A stretch of 64,000 bases of DNA, taken from positions 70,122,001-70,186,000 of the forward strand of contig OX597826.1 of NCBI GenBank assembly GCA_951406725.2, read 5' to 3'. Positions within the stretch are counted from its first letter, which is position 1; every line of letters starts with the position of its first letter. The notes under the pieces were generated by a model that worked only from the letters and a program-made list of their open reading frames with translations, was not told the DNA's origin and searched no databases. Made by a program: the position numbers and the translations under genes. Shown here piece by piece: positions 40,247 to 52,830 of this stretch. Source of the stretch: Octopus vulgaris (Eukaryota).

Positions 40247-40737
40247 AATGAAAGTGATTATTTGTGTCCTCTTCCTTCGTCCTTCATTTGTCAGTTACCA
40301 TTACTCTCTCACTACTGATCTGGTTGTTTACTGTGATATATAAGTATATTGAATTTCCAATAACTGGTTATTAATATGGCTGTGGCGAAACAGGAATCGT
40401 TATATATGCGTATGTATGTATGTATGTATGTAGATGTTGCGAAACCAATTTTAAAAAAAAAATTATATATTAAATATAATTATTTATGAAATGTTTCACA
40501 TAATGAATAAAAGGCGAAGTTTGGGAATAAGCACTTCCAACGAAACTTATAATTTACATTTTTTTCAATATTTTGTCTGGAAAATTTCTTGCGATTTTTA
40601 TGTGTTCAACGCGTAATGTAAACAAGTAATTACAGGCATAGATAGAAATTATAAATAGGTGTTTCGAAAATTTGTAATTAGTTGACAAAGATAAGCCTGG
40701 AATAAAATAAAATTAACTAAAATATATTCCGCTATAA

Positions 40738-41095
40738 TACTCTTTTACTATTTTACTTGTTTCAGTCATTTGACTGCGGCCATGCTGGAGCACCGCCTTT
40801 TAATCGAGCAAATCGACCCCGGGACTTATTCTTTTGTAAGCCCAGTACTTATTCTATCGGTCTCTTTTGCCGAACCGCTAAGTAACGGGGACATAAACGC
40901 ACCAGCATAGGGAGACAAACACAGACACACAAACACACGCACGCATATATATATGTACATATATACGACGGGCTTCTTTCAGTTTCCGTCTACCAAATCC
41001 ACTCACAAGGCTTTGGTCGGCCCGAGGCTATAGCAGAAGACACTTGCCCAAGGTGCCACGCAGTGGGACTGAACCCGTAACCATGTGGTTGGTAA
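40738..41095 (-). mobile_element. SINE family 1
   Basis: ttttacttgtttcagtcatttgactgcggcc ... accatgtggttggtaa. Confidence 0.92.
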
Positions 41096-41245
41096 ACAAT
41101 GTTTTTTTTTCTTCTTTCTCTTCCATCCTTCAAACGTTTTGCAACTTTGCTCTTCTTTTCAGAAAGTCTCAAGTTCGGTTCGCCGTTTTTGAACTATATC
41201 GTTCTGCAGGGTTTCAGATCAATGATAGAAACCAGTAAAAAGTTA

Positions 41246-41740
41246 GGCGGCGAACTGGCAGAAACGTTAGCACGCCGGGCGAAATGCGTAGCGGTATTTC
41301 GCCTGCGTTACGTTGTGAGTTCAAATTCCGCCGAGGTCGACTTTGCCTTTCATCCTTTCGGGGTCGATAAATTAAGTACCAGTTACGCACTGGGGTCGAT
41401 GTAATCGACTTAATACCTATGTCTGTCCTTTTTGTCCGCTCTGTGTTTAGCCTCTTGTGGGTAATAAAGAAATAGGTATTTCGTCTGCCGCTACGTTCTG
41501 AGTTCAAATTCCGCCGAGGTCGACTTTGCCTTTCATCCTTTCGGGGTCGATTAAATAAGTACCAGTTACGCAGTGGGGTCGATATAATCGACTTAATCCG
41601 TTTTCTTCTCCTTGTTTGTCTCCTCTGTGTTTAGCCCTTCTTGTGGGTAGTAAAGAAATAGGTATTTCGTCTGTTTTTACGTTCCAAGTTCAAATTCCCC
41701 CGAGGTCGGCTTTGCCTGTCATCCTTTCGGGGTCAATAAA
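41246..41740 (+). mobile_element. SINE family 2 with tandemly reiterated body (one head, 2.4 bodies)
   Basis: Head ggcggcgaactggcagaaacgttagc; ggtatttcg restarts at 41293, 41475 and 41661. Confidence 0.92.
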
Positions 41741-42617
41741 AAACACACACACAGGATAGGCTTCCGCAAAGTTTTTTTATCTACCAAATCTATTCACAAT
41801 ATATTGGTCGGCCTGGGGTAATAGCAGAAGACATTCGTCCAAAATGCTGTGCAGTGGGACTGAACCTGGAGCCACTCGACTACAAAGTATGCTTCTTATT
41901 CACATATAATCAATCGGTATACGTTGTTTTTTTTTTGTTTTGCCAACCTCCACTCCACCCCCTCTCTCAGTTACCCTTAAAATATATACAATCTTAGTTG
42001 AGAAACCGACACAAGTTCTTTGGTGTGCCGGATCTGAAGTGGCTCCACCAAGTCGAAATCGTGACCTTTTGTTCGTCTGATTCTTACCTATATTCTTTGT
42101 AAAGGTTTTGACCCTCGGCAAAGAGTTTATTAGAGCATGGCTAAATATTTACATCCCAGCTACACCGGCACTTCATTCATATACACAATCAGAAATATAC
42201 ACACACGAACACTGTGTGTATGTGCGTGCGTGTGCTCTCTCTCTCTCTCTCTCACACACATACACGCATTACATTGTGAGCGTATCGCTGTTTTCGTTTG
42301 GTCCGAGAGATGTACTGCTTAAGATAGTCTGTTTCCCATTATGTTAACAAAACAGTATTCTTGTGTTCCTTTAAAGAAGATTTCAGTCTTTCTTCTTTGC
42401 TGCCTGCTTCTGATAGGCGAACTTAGTGTTGTTAGCCGAAGCCAGCCGATCTGATAATAAACAATGTGACGTGATAGAGCACTTCCTGAAAAGAGCTCTG
42501 GGAAAAATATGAAGAGATGTTTTTACGTATGAGCGGGTTTTTTACGTTTGGTCGACAGCGTTTCTCATAATTGTGTGAAAAATGATCTCAGCCATGAAAA
42601 CACTGTCGAAGGTTATT

Positions 42618-42660
<43 letters not shown>

Positions 42661-42896
42661 TATCAAGACACATCGTAAATTATATTGGGAAACAGACACA
42701 CATATATGTTTATAAGATGTCGAGTCCTCAATATTCTAAACGCGGGCTAAGATAGTTTAATCTGATATGCATGTATTTACATGGAAAATGAACTGGGAAT
42801 AAGAATTATTCGATGTGTGTGTGTGTGTGTGTGTGCGTGTGTGTGTGTGTGTGTGCGTGTGTGTGTGTGTGCGTGTGTGTGTGCGTGTGTGTGTGT

Positions 42897-43061
42897 GAGC
42901 TTGGCCTAGTGGTTAGTTAGGCAGTAATGCTCACGATTGCAAGGGTCGTGGTTTCGGCTTCCAGACTGGTGTTCTTGAGGAAAAAAAAACTAAACCACTT
43001 CACGTCGTTCCAGTCCCCTCGGCTGTAGATGGATGACCCTGTAACGGTCATCCATCTACAG
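42897..43061 (+). mobile_element. SINE family 3, degenerate, ending in a perfect hairpin
   Basis: tggcctagtggtta A-box, gtttcggcttcc B-box, gttcttgagg...cacttcacgtcgttccagtcc. Confidence 0.7.
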
Positions 43062-43399
43062 AAAGAAATTTGGCCGATGGTCACGTAGGGGCAACATGAA
43101 CAAGGGAAGTAGAGTGAAGGATTAACTGTGGTCTTGCTGGGGTTACTGCCTTCCTGAGCGTTCTTCGTTTTTTGATTTACTGTTCCAACCAGTGTTCTGC
43201 TATCTCTTTATCGAATGACGCGCGCACACGCGCAACTTATACAATTTTCGAGAAAACAAAGCATATATAATATAATGAATACACATTACTTCATTTTCAT
43301 TTTCTCTAATGTGCCACTAGCTTTTTTACCATTATTAATTACGACGTTGCACTTGGTTGAAAAATGGTAACCGGTGTTTCTCGTTCGGTCTTTGGATCA

Positions 43400-43860
<461 letters not shown>

Positions 43861-44118
43861 TATGTTTAGTTGATATCTCTTGTGGCAATGTGCAAATATT
43901 TACAAATAGGGGAAATATCGAAATATCTTTGTAACTAAATACTCTCTCTCTCTTTCCCTCTCTGAAATTCTGCCCCGCTTAAACACACACATACGCACAC
44001 AAGCAAATACATTTACACACGAATACCGAAACATACCCCTAAACTATAACCTTACCAAGATGCGTATTTCCCTCTATTTTTCATTTATTTTATTTATCTT
44101 GCACAAATCATTGCAATG

Positions 44119-44180
44119 CTAATTAAAATTTGTCATTTCTAATTAATCTTTGCCAGCGCTAATTAAGCTTTGCTGTCATC
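44119..44180. promoter_or_regulatory. Candidate homeodomain enhancer: three CTAATTAA sites exactly 20 bp apart
   Basis: CTAATTAA at 44119, 44139 and 44159, each followed by TTTG; TGTCA at 44131 and 44174. Confidence 0.35.
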
Positions 44181-44239
44181 AGTATCAGCAGGGAGTTTTG
44201 ATATCAAATGGAGGTTAATACAGCCAACAAAACAAAAGG

Positions 44240-45000
44240 AACACCGTGCGGTTATTTAGTACTCCTGAAAGAATGTTGTTACATAGTCGATTATACTCCC
44301 GAAAGGAAGATGGTATGTAGTTGGTAATACTAGCGTATGATTGGTCATAACTCCCGAAAACAAGACAGCGTGTGGCTGGTTATACTCCCGATAACTGATT
44401 GGTTATATCAGTAGTTTTCAACCAGGGTTCCACGGGACCTTAGGGTTCCGCCAGTACAGTCCAGGGGTTCCGCAAGAAGTTACAAAACTGCTAAAATCGG
44501 CAGTAGTTTTTAATTCTCCTGTGCAGATATGTGTGCATGAGACTATTAAATTATTACACAGGGGTTCCTCGAGCCAGTGGAATGTTTCCTTGGGGTTCCA
44601 CTCCAGCAAAAATGTTGAAAAGCACGGGATTATATATCGGAAATAAAGATGGGGTGTGGTTGGTTATACATCCGACATGATGGTGTACGATTATTTAGTA
44701 TTCCCGAAGGAAAGATGTTGAGCAATTTGCTAATACTCTTGGAAAGATGTATAGTTGGTTATACATCCGACAAGATGGTGTGCGATTATTTAGTATTCCC
44801 GATGGAAAGATGTTGAGCAATTTGCTAATACTCTTGGAAAGATGTATAGTTGGTTATACATCCGAAAGAACGTTGAGGGTGTGTCTGGTTATACTCTCGA
44901 AAGAAAGATGGTGTGTGATTTGGTAATACTCTCGAAAGAAAGATGGTGTGTGATTTGGTAACACTGTGGAAAAGAAGAGGATGTGTGGCTTGTCATACAT
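44240..45000 (+). repeat. Degenerate ~31-35-bp minisatellite with a 95-bp higher-order repeat
   Basis: Monomer ~ggttatactcccgaaagaaagatggtgtgtgatt; tggttatacatccga at 44661, 44756 and 44851; exact 35-bp pair at 44891/44926. Confidence 0.85.
44409..44627. mobile_element. hAT MITE with 8-bp TSD inserted in the minisatellite
   Basis: Termini cagtagttttcaac / gttgaaaagcacgg; flanks ggttatat / gattatat (7/8). Confidence 0.88.
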
Positions 45001-45244
45001 TCGGCGTGCGTTGTGTTGCAAGGCGTTGGTATGTGGTTAATTATAATTCCACACACAAAAGCAAAAAAAAAAAAAGAAAAAGGAAATTATGATGTATTAT
45101 TATTTGATTTACCGATTCCGCGAGGATGAGAGGCAGAGTTGATCTTGGACGGAATCTGAACCTAGGACCTTAGAGGGAAAAAAAAAATATTCAATCCGCT
45201 ACTCGAACGACTCTGCCAAACTGCCGCATTCAACAGCTGCTCTC

Positions 45245-45391
45245 GTGTGTGTGTGTGTGTGTGTGTGTGTTAACAGCTGCTCTCATGTGTGTGTGTGAGA
45301 GAGAGAAAGAGAGAGTGTGTGTGTGAGAGAGAGTGTGTGTGTGAGAGAGAGTGTGTGTGTGAGAGAGAGAGAGTGTGTGTGTGTGAGAGAG

Positions 45392-45423
<32 letters not shown>

Positions 45424-45503
45424 AGTGTGTGTGAGAGAGAGAGTGTGTGTGTGTGTGAGAGAGAGAGAGTGTGTGTGAGAGAGAGAGTGTGTGTGTGTGA
45501 GAG

Positions 45504-45573
<70 letters not shown>

Positions 45574-45585
45574 TGCGTGTGTGTC
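45245..45585. repeat. Alternating (GT)n(GA)n compound microsatellite
   Basis: Direct reading. Confidence 0.95.
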
Positions 45586-46363
45586 TACGCGCTTGTGCCA
45601 ATGAGAGAACCTGTATGTGGTTTCTTGACCTGCTAAAAATGATAACTAGATATCCGTCAACCCACACCCAGTACTGGCCACTTCGCACAATCTAGTCCTA
45701 GATACATAATGCCTGGTAAAAAAAAACAAAAAAACTGACGGTATTGTCATAGCTAACATCGCTTTGTTCGTAGATCTGTTAGATGAAGGACTGATTTGGG
45801 GGTCGCTAAAGAAAAACAGCAACGACCCTTCTCCCTTATGTACATATAATCTTTCCTCTGTCTGCCTTCTCAACATTAATATTACTGTTCGGCTTATGCT
45901 TTCGTTTCATGGGACGGCTGTGGTGACGAGATGATTATCAAACCATTCTCTCTTTTCCTCATTTTCGTTGGCAGAGTCGGAGTGAATACGTTATAAATAT
46001 ATTGCAGATCGATAAATGAATAAGTGTGTGCGAATGTATGTGTGTGTGTGTGTGCATGTACGTATATATATATATGTGTGTGTACGTATGTAAGAATGTC
46101 TATGTGTGTGTGTGTGTGTGTGTGTGTATGTAAGTATATATGTGTGTGTGTAAGTATGTATGTAAGTAAATATATGTGTGTATGTATGTAAGTAAATATA
46201 TGTGTGCATATATATGTGTGTGTATGTAAGTATATGCGTGAGTGTGTGTGTACATATATATGCGTGAGTGTGTGTGTACGTATATATGTGTGCATGTATA
46301 TATATGCGCGTGTATGTATATATGTGTGCATGTATGTGTGTATGTATGAATATGTGTAGGTAA

Positions 46364-46419
<56 letters not shown>

Positions 46420-46789
46420 GTATATGTTTGTATATACGTGTAAATATATGTATGTACGTGTGTAGATAGATAGATAGATGGATATGTATATAAATAGATA
46501 AATGGAATTTGTTACATTTCATATTTAGTTACGTAATATAATTATTTATTTATATCTCTATTGATTTCTTGTGATGTGTGGCTCCAAACCAAAAAAAAAT
46601 TGAGGGGAAAGTCTCTACTTTATTTTTAATCGATTTCACTGCAGTACGATTTCACTGCTACTTGTTATTGACCTCGACTGGAGAATAAAGTGAAAAAAAA
46701 TTCAGTCCAGGTTGGATTTGAACTCGAAACAAAAAGGGACGTAATTACAAACCATAGATTATTTCTCCCGTTTCTGACAAAATCTGAAT

Positions 46790-46915
46790 CAAAATCAGAG
46801 CAACGTGAAATGAAGTGTTTTGCTCAAGAACACAATGCGTCGCCCGGTCCAGGAATCGAAACCACAATCTTACGATCATGATGCTGACACCCTAACCATT
46901 AAGCCACGCGCCTCC
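46790..46915 (-). mobile_element. SINE family 3 head
   Basis: Reverse complement reads ggaggcgcgtggcttaatggttagggtgtc...gtttcgattcctggaccggg...ttcttgagcaaaacac. Confidence 0.85.
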
Positions 46916-47454
46916 CCTGAGTACTTGTTGAGCACTAGTTACCCTAGTACGATTTGAACTCAGAACGTAAAGTATTATAGCCAAATACTGCTAATTCCGT
47001 TACCCCCGGGCTTCCCACGGTCAAGGCTGAACATTCATCTATATATGTATGCTCAGGTCGTGCCAAGATTTTCTCTTTCTTTTGTTAGCAAGCCTGACAA
47101 TTGTCGATGCATTGCAAATCTACCCTCTCCGAGCTCTTAATGTTTATCTAAGGATTAATCTGGTAACTTGGACCGATACAACTTGACACCAGCGTCGTCT
47201 GAGACGTTGCTGTCAGAATGCAAAAGAGCCGGACGAGATTACTGTAAAGTATCTTGCCCGACCCTCCACTAATTTCGCCACTTCACAGTCCAGGATCGAT
47301 ATTTTTCATCGATACCGAAAGGATGAAAAGCGAAGTTGATTTCAGATGAATTTGAACTCAGACGCAGAGAATTAGAACACATAACGCACAGCATTCTGTC
47401 CAACGCTCTAACGACTCTGCTAGGTGTAGATAAATTATACAAGATATCATTCCT

Positions 47455-47759
47455 TATATTTGTGTGAAATACGTTTAATTCTGGTTGAAGTACACCGAAA
47501 AATGGCGACACAGCAGTCAAAAAATCGTAAAAATTAGGGATTTTCATAGAAAAAAAGCACCTTTTTGATGTAAATAATTTTTGGTGTTAACATGGTCCGA
47601 TTTGAATTTTTTTCTTCTACGGAAGGAAGAGCAAGCCTTCTTCTATCATACTCTCAATTTGGTCAACTTGCGTCGCAGGGTCTCGGAGGATATAGTTTTA
47701 GTTGAAGGCTACTAAACCTGCCACACACAGACAACTTCTGCTTTATATATAGAGAGAGA
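47455..47759 (-). mobile_element. Non-autonomous Helitron 5' fragment
   Basis: Minus strand begins A|TCTCTCTCTATATATAAAGCAGAAGTTGTCTGTGTGTG, the typical Helitron 5' TC end; no 3' hairpin-CTAG found. Confidence 0.6.
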
Positions 47760-48286
47760 TTTATCCACGCACCTTTCCCGGGGGAATCTGAAATCAAAAC
47801 ATTTAGGGACGTAACAAAACACCACAAAATATTATAGATTCTTCTCTTTTCTTTCTTAACCAATTTTTCCAGTTTTCCACAGACTCTACAACTCCTGAGT
47901 AAGCTATTTCAACCAGGGTCTCCAGTATCAGGGCTTCAACTTTTCCTTCATTCTCCCAGTGGTCTTGGACTGGAGTCCTTGCAAAAGACGATAGGTGCTG
48001 CCTATCGTTGTCATTACTAAGCGATACAAAGTGAAGGTCCCCTTATATAGGCAGCATTTGAGTATAGAACCGTCGTTCTTTCAGTATCTCTAACTTGGTG
48101 CCATTTAAGTCTGCTTATTCTTTAGTTTATTTGAATTTATTATATATGCTGGTTAAAATTTGATGAAGTATTTTTTAAGCCATAAAAATTATTCTTTATG
48201 TTGTAAACTCGCTATCACATGATTTCTGTATTTGTAAATGCATAAATCAATATATAAATAAAGTAATATATATATATTGCTTAAAC

Positions 48287-48334
<48 letters not shown>

Positions 48335-48399
48335 TCTATGCATCTATGTAGATATAAACATCTATGTATGTGTTCGAGTGTGCATGTAATAATAATAAT

Positions 48400-48443
<44 letters not shown>

Positions 48444-48506
48444 TTATATATATTTATATATGTATTTATATATGTATATATATATGTATATATATATATG
48501 TATTTA

Positions 48507-48601
<95 letters not shown>

Positions 48602-48958
48602 GCATATACAAGCTCACGTGCGCATGTGTGGGTGTGTGCGTACGAGCGTACGCGGTCCTGTTCAATAAAACTCAAAAATAGCCAAGTCTTGTGATGGTCA
48701 TATGATGTGCACTTTTACTCGTTGCATCTACTTAAAAGATGACGGATAGCAGTGTTGACCAGCTAAAAGCATTCTAGCTCGCTCGTTCGCTCGCCAGCTT
48801 GGGTGTGGTCTACAGGGTGTGGCCTATGATAATGAATATGTGCATATGTATGTGTGCGTTTGTATGTATGTGCTTGAAAAAAAAAAAAAAAAACTAGGTG
48901 TGGCAAATGTCTTAAAGACGAAGGTGTTTGTCTTGGTTTTTTTTCTTTCCGTGTTCTG

Positions 48959-49002
<44 letters not shown>

Positions 49003-49279
49003 GTTCTGTTATTTAACAGTTTGGGATGGGACCGTTGCTGCATTGCTGGGTGCAGTGTGGAAGTGCAGCAAAAGAATGGTTTCTGTGGGTGTATATGTGT
49101 GTGTGTAGGTATGGGTATTAAGGAAAATAAGACTGTGGGCGAGTTTTAAGGGGAGTGGTCATTTGTGGACCAAACTTGAGTCCTGCCTGCATCACATGAT
49201 TCGTTTGGATATTAATACAGTTCTGATGGAGGTGGCGGTGTTAGTGGTGGAAATGTTGATGGCGGGAGGGGTTCTTTAT

Positions 49280-49657
49280 TATTTTACTCTTTTACTTGTT
49301 TCAGTCATTTGACTGCGGCCATGCTGGAGCAATTCGACCCCAGAGCTTATTCTTTGTAAGCCTAGTACTTATTCTATCGTCTCTTTTGCCGAACCGCTAA
49401 GTTACGGGGACGTAAACACACCAGCATCGGTTGTCAAGCGATGTTGTGAGGACAAACACAGACACACAAACACACACACACATACATACATATATACGAC
49501 GGGCGTCTTTTAGTTTCCGTCAACCAAATCCACTCACAAGGCTTTGGTCAGCTCGAGGCTACAGCAGAAGACACTTGCCCAAGGTGCCACGCAGAGGGAC
49601 TGAACTCGGAACCATGTGGTTGGTAAGCAAGCCACTTGCCACACAGCCACTCCTGCG
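49280..49657 (-). mobile_element. SINE family 1, full length
   Basis: ctcttttacttgtttcagtc ... cacacagccactcctgcg. Confidence 0.92.
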
Positions 49658-49699
49658 TTCATCGATTTTTTTTTCTTTTTAATTTCAAAGATAATATGG

Positions 49700-50210
49700 C
49701 CTGCGTTTTTGTAAGATATGGTGTGATTTTAAGGAGATTTGGTTTCTATTACTAGCAGGCGAAGCTAACACTTAAAACCTTCCCTTATTTATTCGTAGCG
49801 ATGGTATTTTTGTTGTTGCTTAACCCTAGTTCGACTCCGTTCGTGCAGATATACTCTCAGTGGCGTTCCATTTATGACCATCCTACCATTTACGTTAGGC
49901 ACATTTCACTTATTGTCGAATGTGTAATTTTAGATTTTTTTTTAAAGGTATTTGTGATTTGAGGAAGGGTTAGCTTCTTGTTGTTCAGCCCGAGGTCATT
50001 CTTAATCCTGTAGATCGATGATCGAAAGTATTCCATCCAGGCCCATCCCATATCTTAGGAGTTCGTAAGAATACGATTCAATGCATCAGCTGTTTCTTAC
50101 TTTAGAGTGTAGGATGTAATTTGAGGGAGATTTTCTTGTTATTACCAGGAGGTGAGAGTAGGATGTAATTTGAGGGAGATGTTACTGTTATTTCTAGTAG
50201 ATGGCAAAGG
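49700..50210 (-). mobile_element. Cluster of 3-4 degenerate family D fragments, minus strand
   Basis: Repeated gtgattt(t/g)agg(g)agattt, atgaccatcc and ttgttgcttaaccc motifs; ~50-bp local duplication at 50105-50200. Confidence 0.6.
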
Positions 50211-50520
50211 CTTCATTGTCTCGTCGGTGTTGGTATTTGTGGAGGTGAAGATGTCGAAAATCTGTGGCATCGATTAAATAAAACTTCTGGCAAGAAACAA
50301 AGAAGTTTAGTTTATAAGATTCAGAGATGTTCCATTTAGTTGATCCATTTATCCTTTCGGTAACCTATGGACAGCGTGACCCTCCTTGAACCGGTCATTG
50401 ATCTTAGAAATTCGATTTTCTGTTTGAGAATATTCCGATTTCCTAAAGTTGGAATATTCTCAAAAAGAGTATTCCGCATGCCGAAAGATTATTCCCCTGA
50501 TGTTAGGATTACTCCTAAGC

Positions 50521-50787
50521 TAGTGCTTCTTGACCAAGTTCTAGATGACCCTTTCGGGTTCGTGACCCTTTTGGGTTCGTGTAGCCCTTCGAGGTCCATA
50601 TAAGGTTTTGTTGTTTAAAGTTATGTTCAATAAATTAGTTATACTTCGACAATACACAAAATGTTTTAACAATTTTTATACAGTTCTTAAAGAATTTTTA
50701 AAAACATCTAATGGCTACGAGGGTCCGTGCAAGTAAAATAGCAATCCAAAGGGTTTATATGTAAAGAAAAATGGTTGGGAAACACTG
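50521..50787. mobile_element. hAT MITE related to 31500-31845
   Basis: Termini tagtgcttcttgacc / ggttgggaaacactg; flanks tcctaagc / ctctaagc. Confidence 0.75.
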
Positions 50788-50817
50788 CTCTAAGCAATTT
50801 GTGGAATTACTGCTTTC

Positions 50818-51236
50818 GGATCTTTTCGGTTTGAATAGCAGCTTTTTAAAATAATTTCCACGTAACTAAACACTTTTAAACTTCGTATACTTGTAGAATG
50901 TGTTTATAAAACATCTTTTTCTCTTGGCTTTATTGAGAAAATTCTATAGTTTGTAAGATATTTGTTTGTTTTTTCTTCAATTTCTGCAATTTCAACCAAT
51001 CAATGACGTCCATTGAGGTAAAAAAAACACATTCTGTGCCGTATGAATATGTCCCTCGTTTAAGAAACAGATTGGGTTTATTTGCATTTGTGAAGAAAAA
51101 AAGATACCCTTAACCCTAACTAACCCTAACCCTAAAACAGATTGAAATGCAATAGATCGATATTAGGGTCATAATTATGGGTGACAATTTCATATGACAC
51201 CGCTAGAAAAAACTGCCGTTCAAACCAAAAAGATCC
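50818..51236. mobile_element. Non-autonomous DNA transposon with ~30-bp TIRs and internal telomeric (TAACCC) repeats
   Basis: Left ggatcttttcggtttgaatagcagcttttt versus right reverse complement ggatctttttggtttgaacggcagtttttt; taaccc repeats at 51106-51135. Confidence 0.85.
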
Positions 51237-51254
51237 CTAGTGCCACTGGTGGAA

Positions 51255-52150
51255 ATTTTTATTTCCTATATATTGAATTATTGCTTGCGCATATAGAATT
51301 TTACTATCTGTCTATGAAAAACTCACTTTTTATCTATAAAAATCTCACTTCCAGTTTGTAGAAATGTTAATCTTCTGTCTGTGGACGTACCATTTCCTGT
51401 GTTGCAGACGAACTATTTTCTGTCGGTAGAAACTGTCCGCCCATCTTAAAACCTCCTAGTTCTACTTCCTCATCTACCTGCAGAAGATTACCTCCGGTGT
51501 AAAAAAAAAAAAAAAAATCTAGTTCCTGTCATTAGAAACATCCCCTATATGATGGCATATAAGACACATTTGGAAAAAATAAAATGAAATTTAAAAAAAA
51601 CATTATTTGGAGACTTGTTAAGGTCATTTCCACAGATTTTACATAGAAATTATTGCCAGAGCTGATTTCGTAATGGCGTTCGTTTCATTACCCATTTTTC
51701 ATCTTCGATCTCAATATCGTTTACATCAGGCGGTCTCGGATATGAAACGCCGTAATAAAATCACTGCGGGTTATAAATTTTATTGAAAATTTACAAAGAT
51801 AACCTTAACGCAGTAGAACATAGTATTAACTTATAAAAAAACGTTTAATATACTTTTTTAGTATATTATGATTGCATAACGAAATGCGGTGTCCATACAG
51901 GTCTTTAATCGTTATTGGGAGAAAATAACGTTTACATTGGAAGAATTATTTTGTTTTTGTAGAAATATTTGTCATTTTAACTGATTGCATTCCTTCATCT
52001 ATATGGGTATTTCCACTTCCTGTTTGTAGAAATTCTTGTCTTTGCCATTAGAATTTCTATTTTCTCGCTCTACACGGAAATATTTACTTCCCCTGTGTAA
52101 GAATGCTCCTCCATGACTCCCTATTCATTGTCATTCCTGTTCGGTAGAAT
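51255..52150 (+). repeat. Ancient degenerate ~22-bp minisatellite (acttcctgtctgtagaaa-like) in two blocks
   Basis: Recurring ttcctgt...gtagaa at 51255-51540 and 51950-52150. Confidence 0.5.
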
Positions 52151-52429
52151 CTCTTATCAGATATATTTGTTTGCTTGAGTCGGTTCCTCGCCTTTCACCC
52201 GTAATATCTACTTTACAGTCAAACGACCAAAGAAGTCTATTACACACACACACACACACACACACAAAACAGGAAGCTTCAAAACATTTTAGTGTTATTT
52301 GTTCACCATTACAGTTGTTTCGTTTGCTAATAGGAGTTACAGAGTTTTGTTTGTTAGAGAAAGATGTCAAGAAATTTCCTATCAGAATAAGCAGACGAAA
52401 CGATTAGCATTTTACCAACATTATATATT

Positions 52430-52775
52430 GTCTTTTACTTATTTCGGTCATTGGACTGCCACAAATACCGCGTTGAAGAATTCACTGGAACAAATCTACT
52501 TTAGTACTCATTGCTTCTGTCTGGCACTTATTCTATCGATCCCTTTTGCAAACAAGCCAACACTCGTTGGGGACAAACACAAAGGCACACGTACACATAT
52601 ATACACACACAACAACAACAACAACATCAAACTTCTGCACAAGTTTCCGTCTTCCCTCATAAGGCATTATTAGTCAGTCCTGCAGCTATAGGTGAAGACA
52701 CTTGCTGAAGGTGCTGCGCATTGGGAGTGAACTGGAAACCACGTCGCTGCTAAACAAGCTTCTTTACCACACAAC
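52430..52775 (-). mobile_element. SINE family 1, old diverged copy
   Basis: tttcggtcattggactgc ... gaagacacttgctgaaggtgctgcgca ... ttaccacaca. Confidence 0.75.
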
Positions 52776-52781
52776 CACCTT

Positions 52782-52830
<49 letters not shown>

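Noticed and set aside
51106-51135. Chromosome end or telomere fusion scar
   Set aside because: Only about four TAACCC units, lying inside a TIR-bounded element
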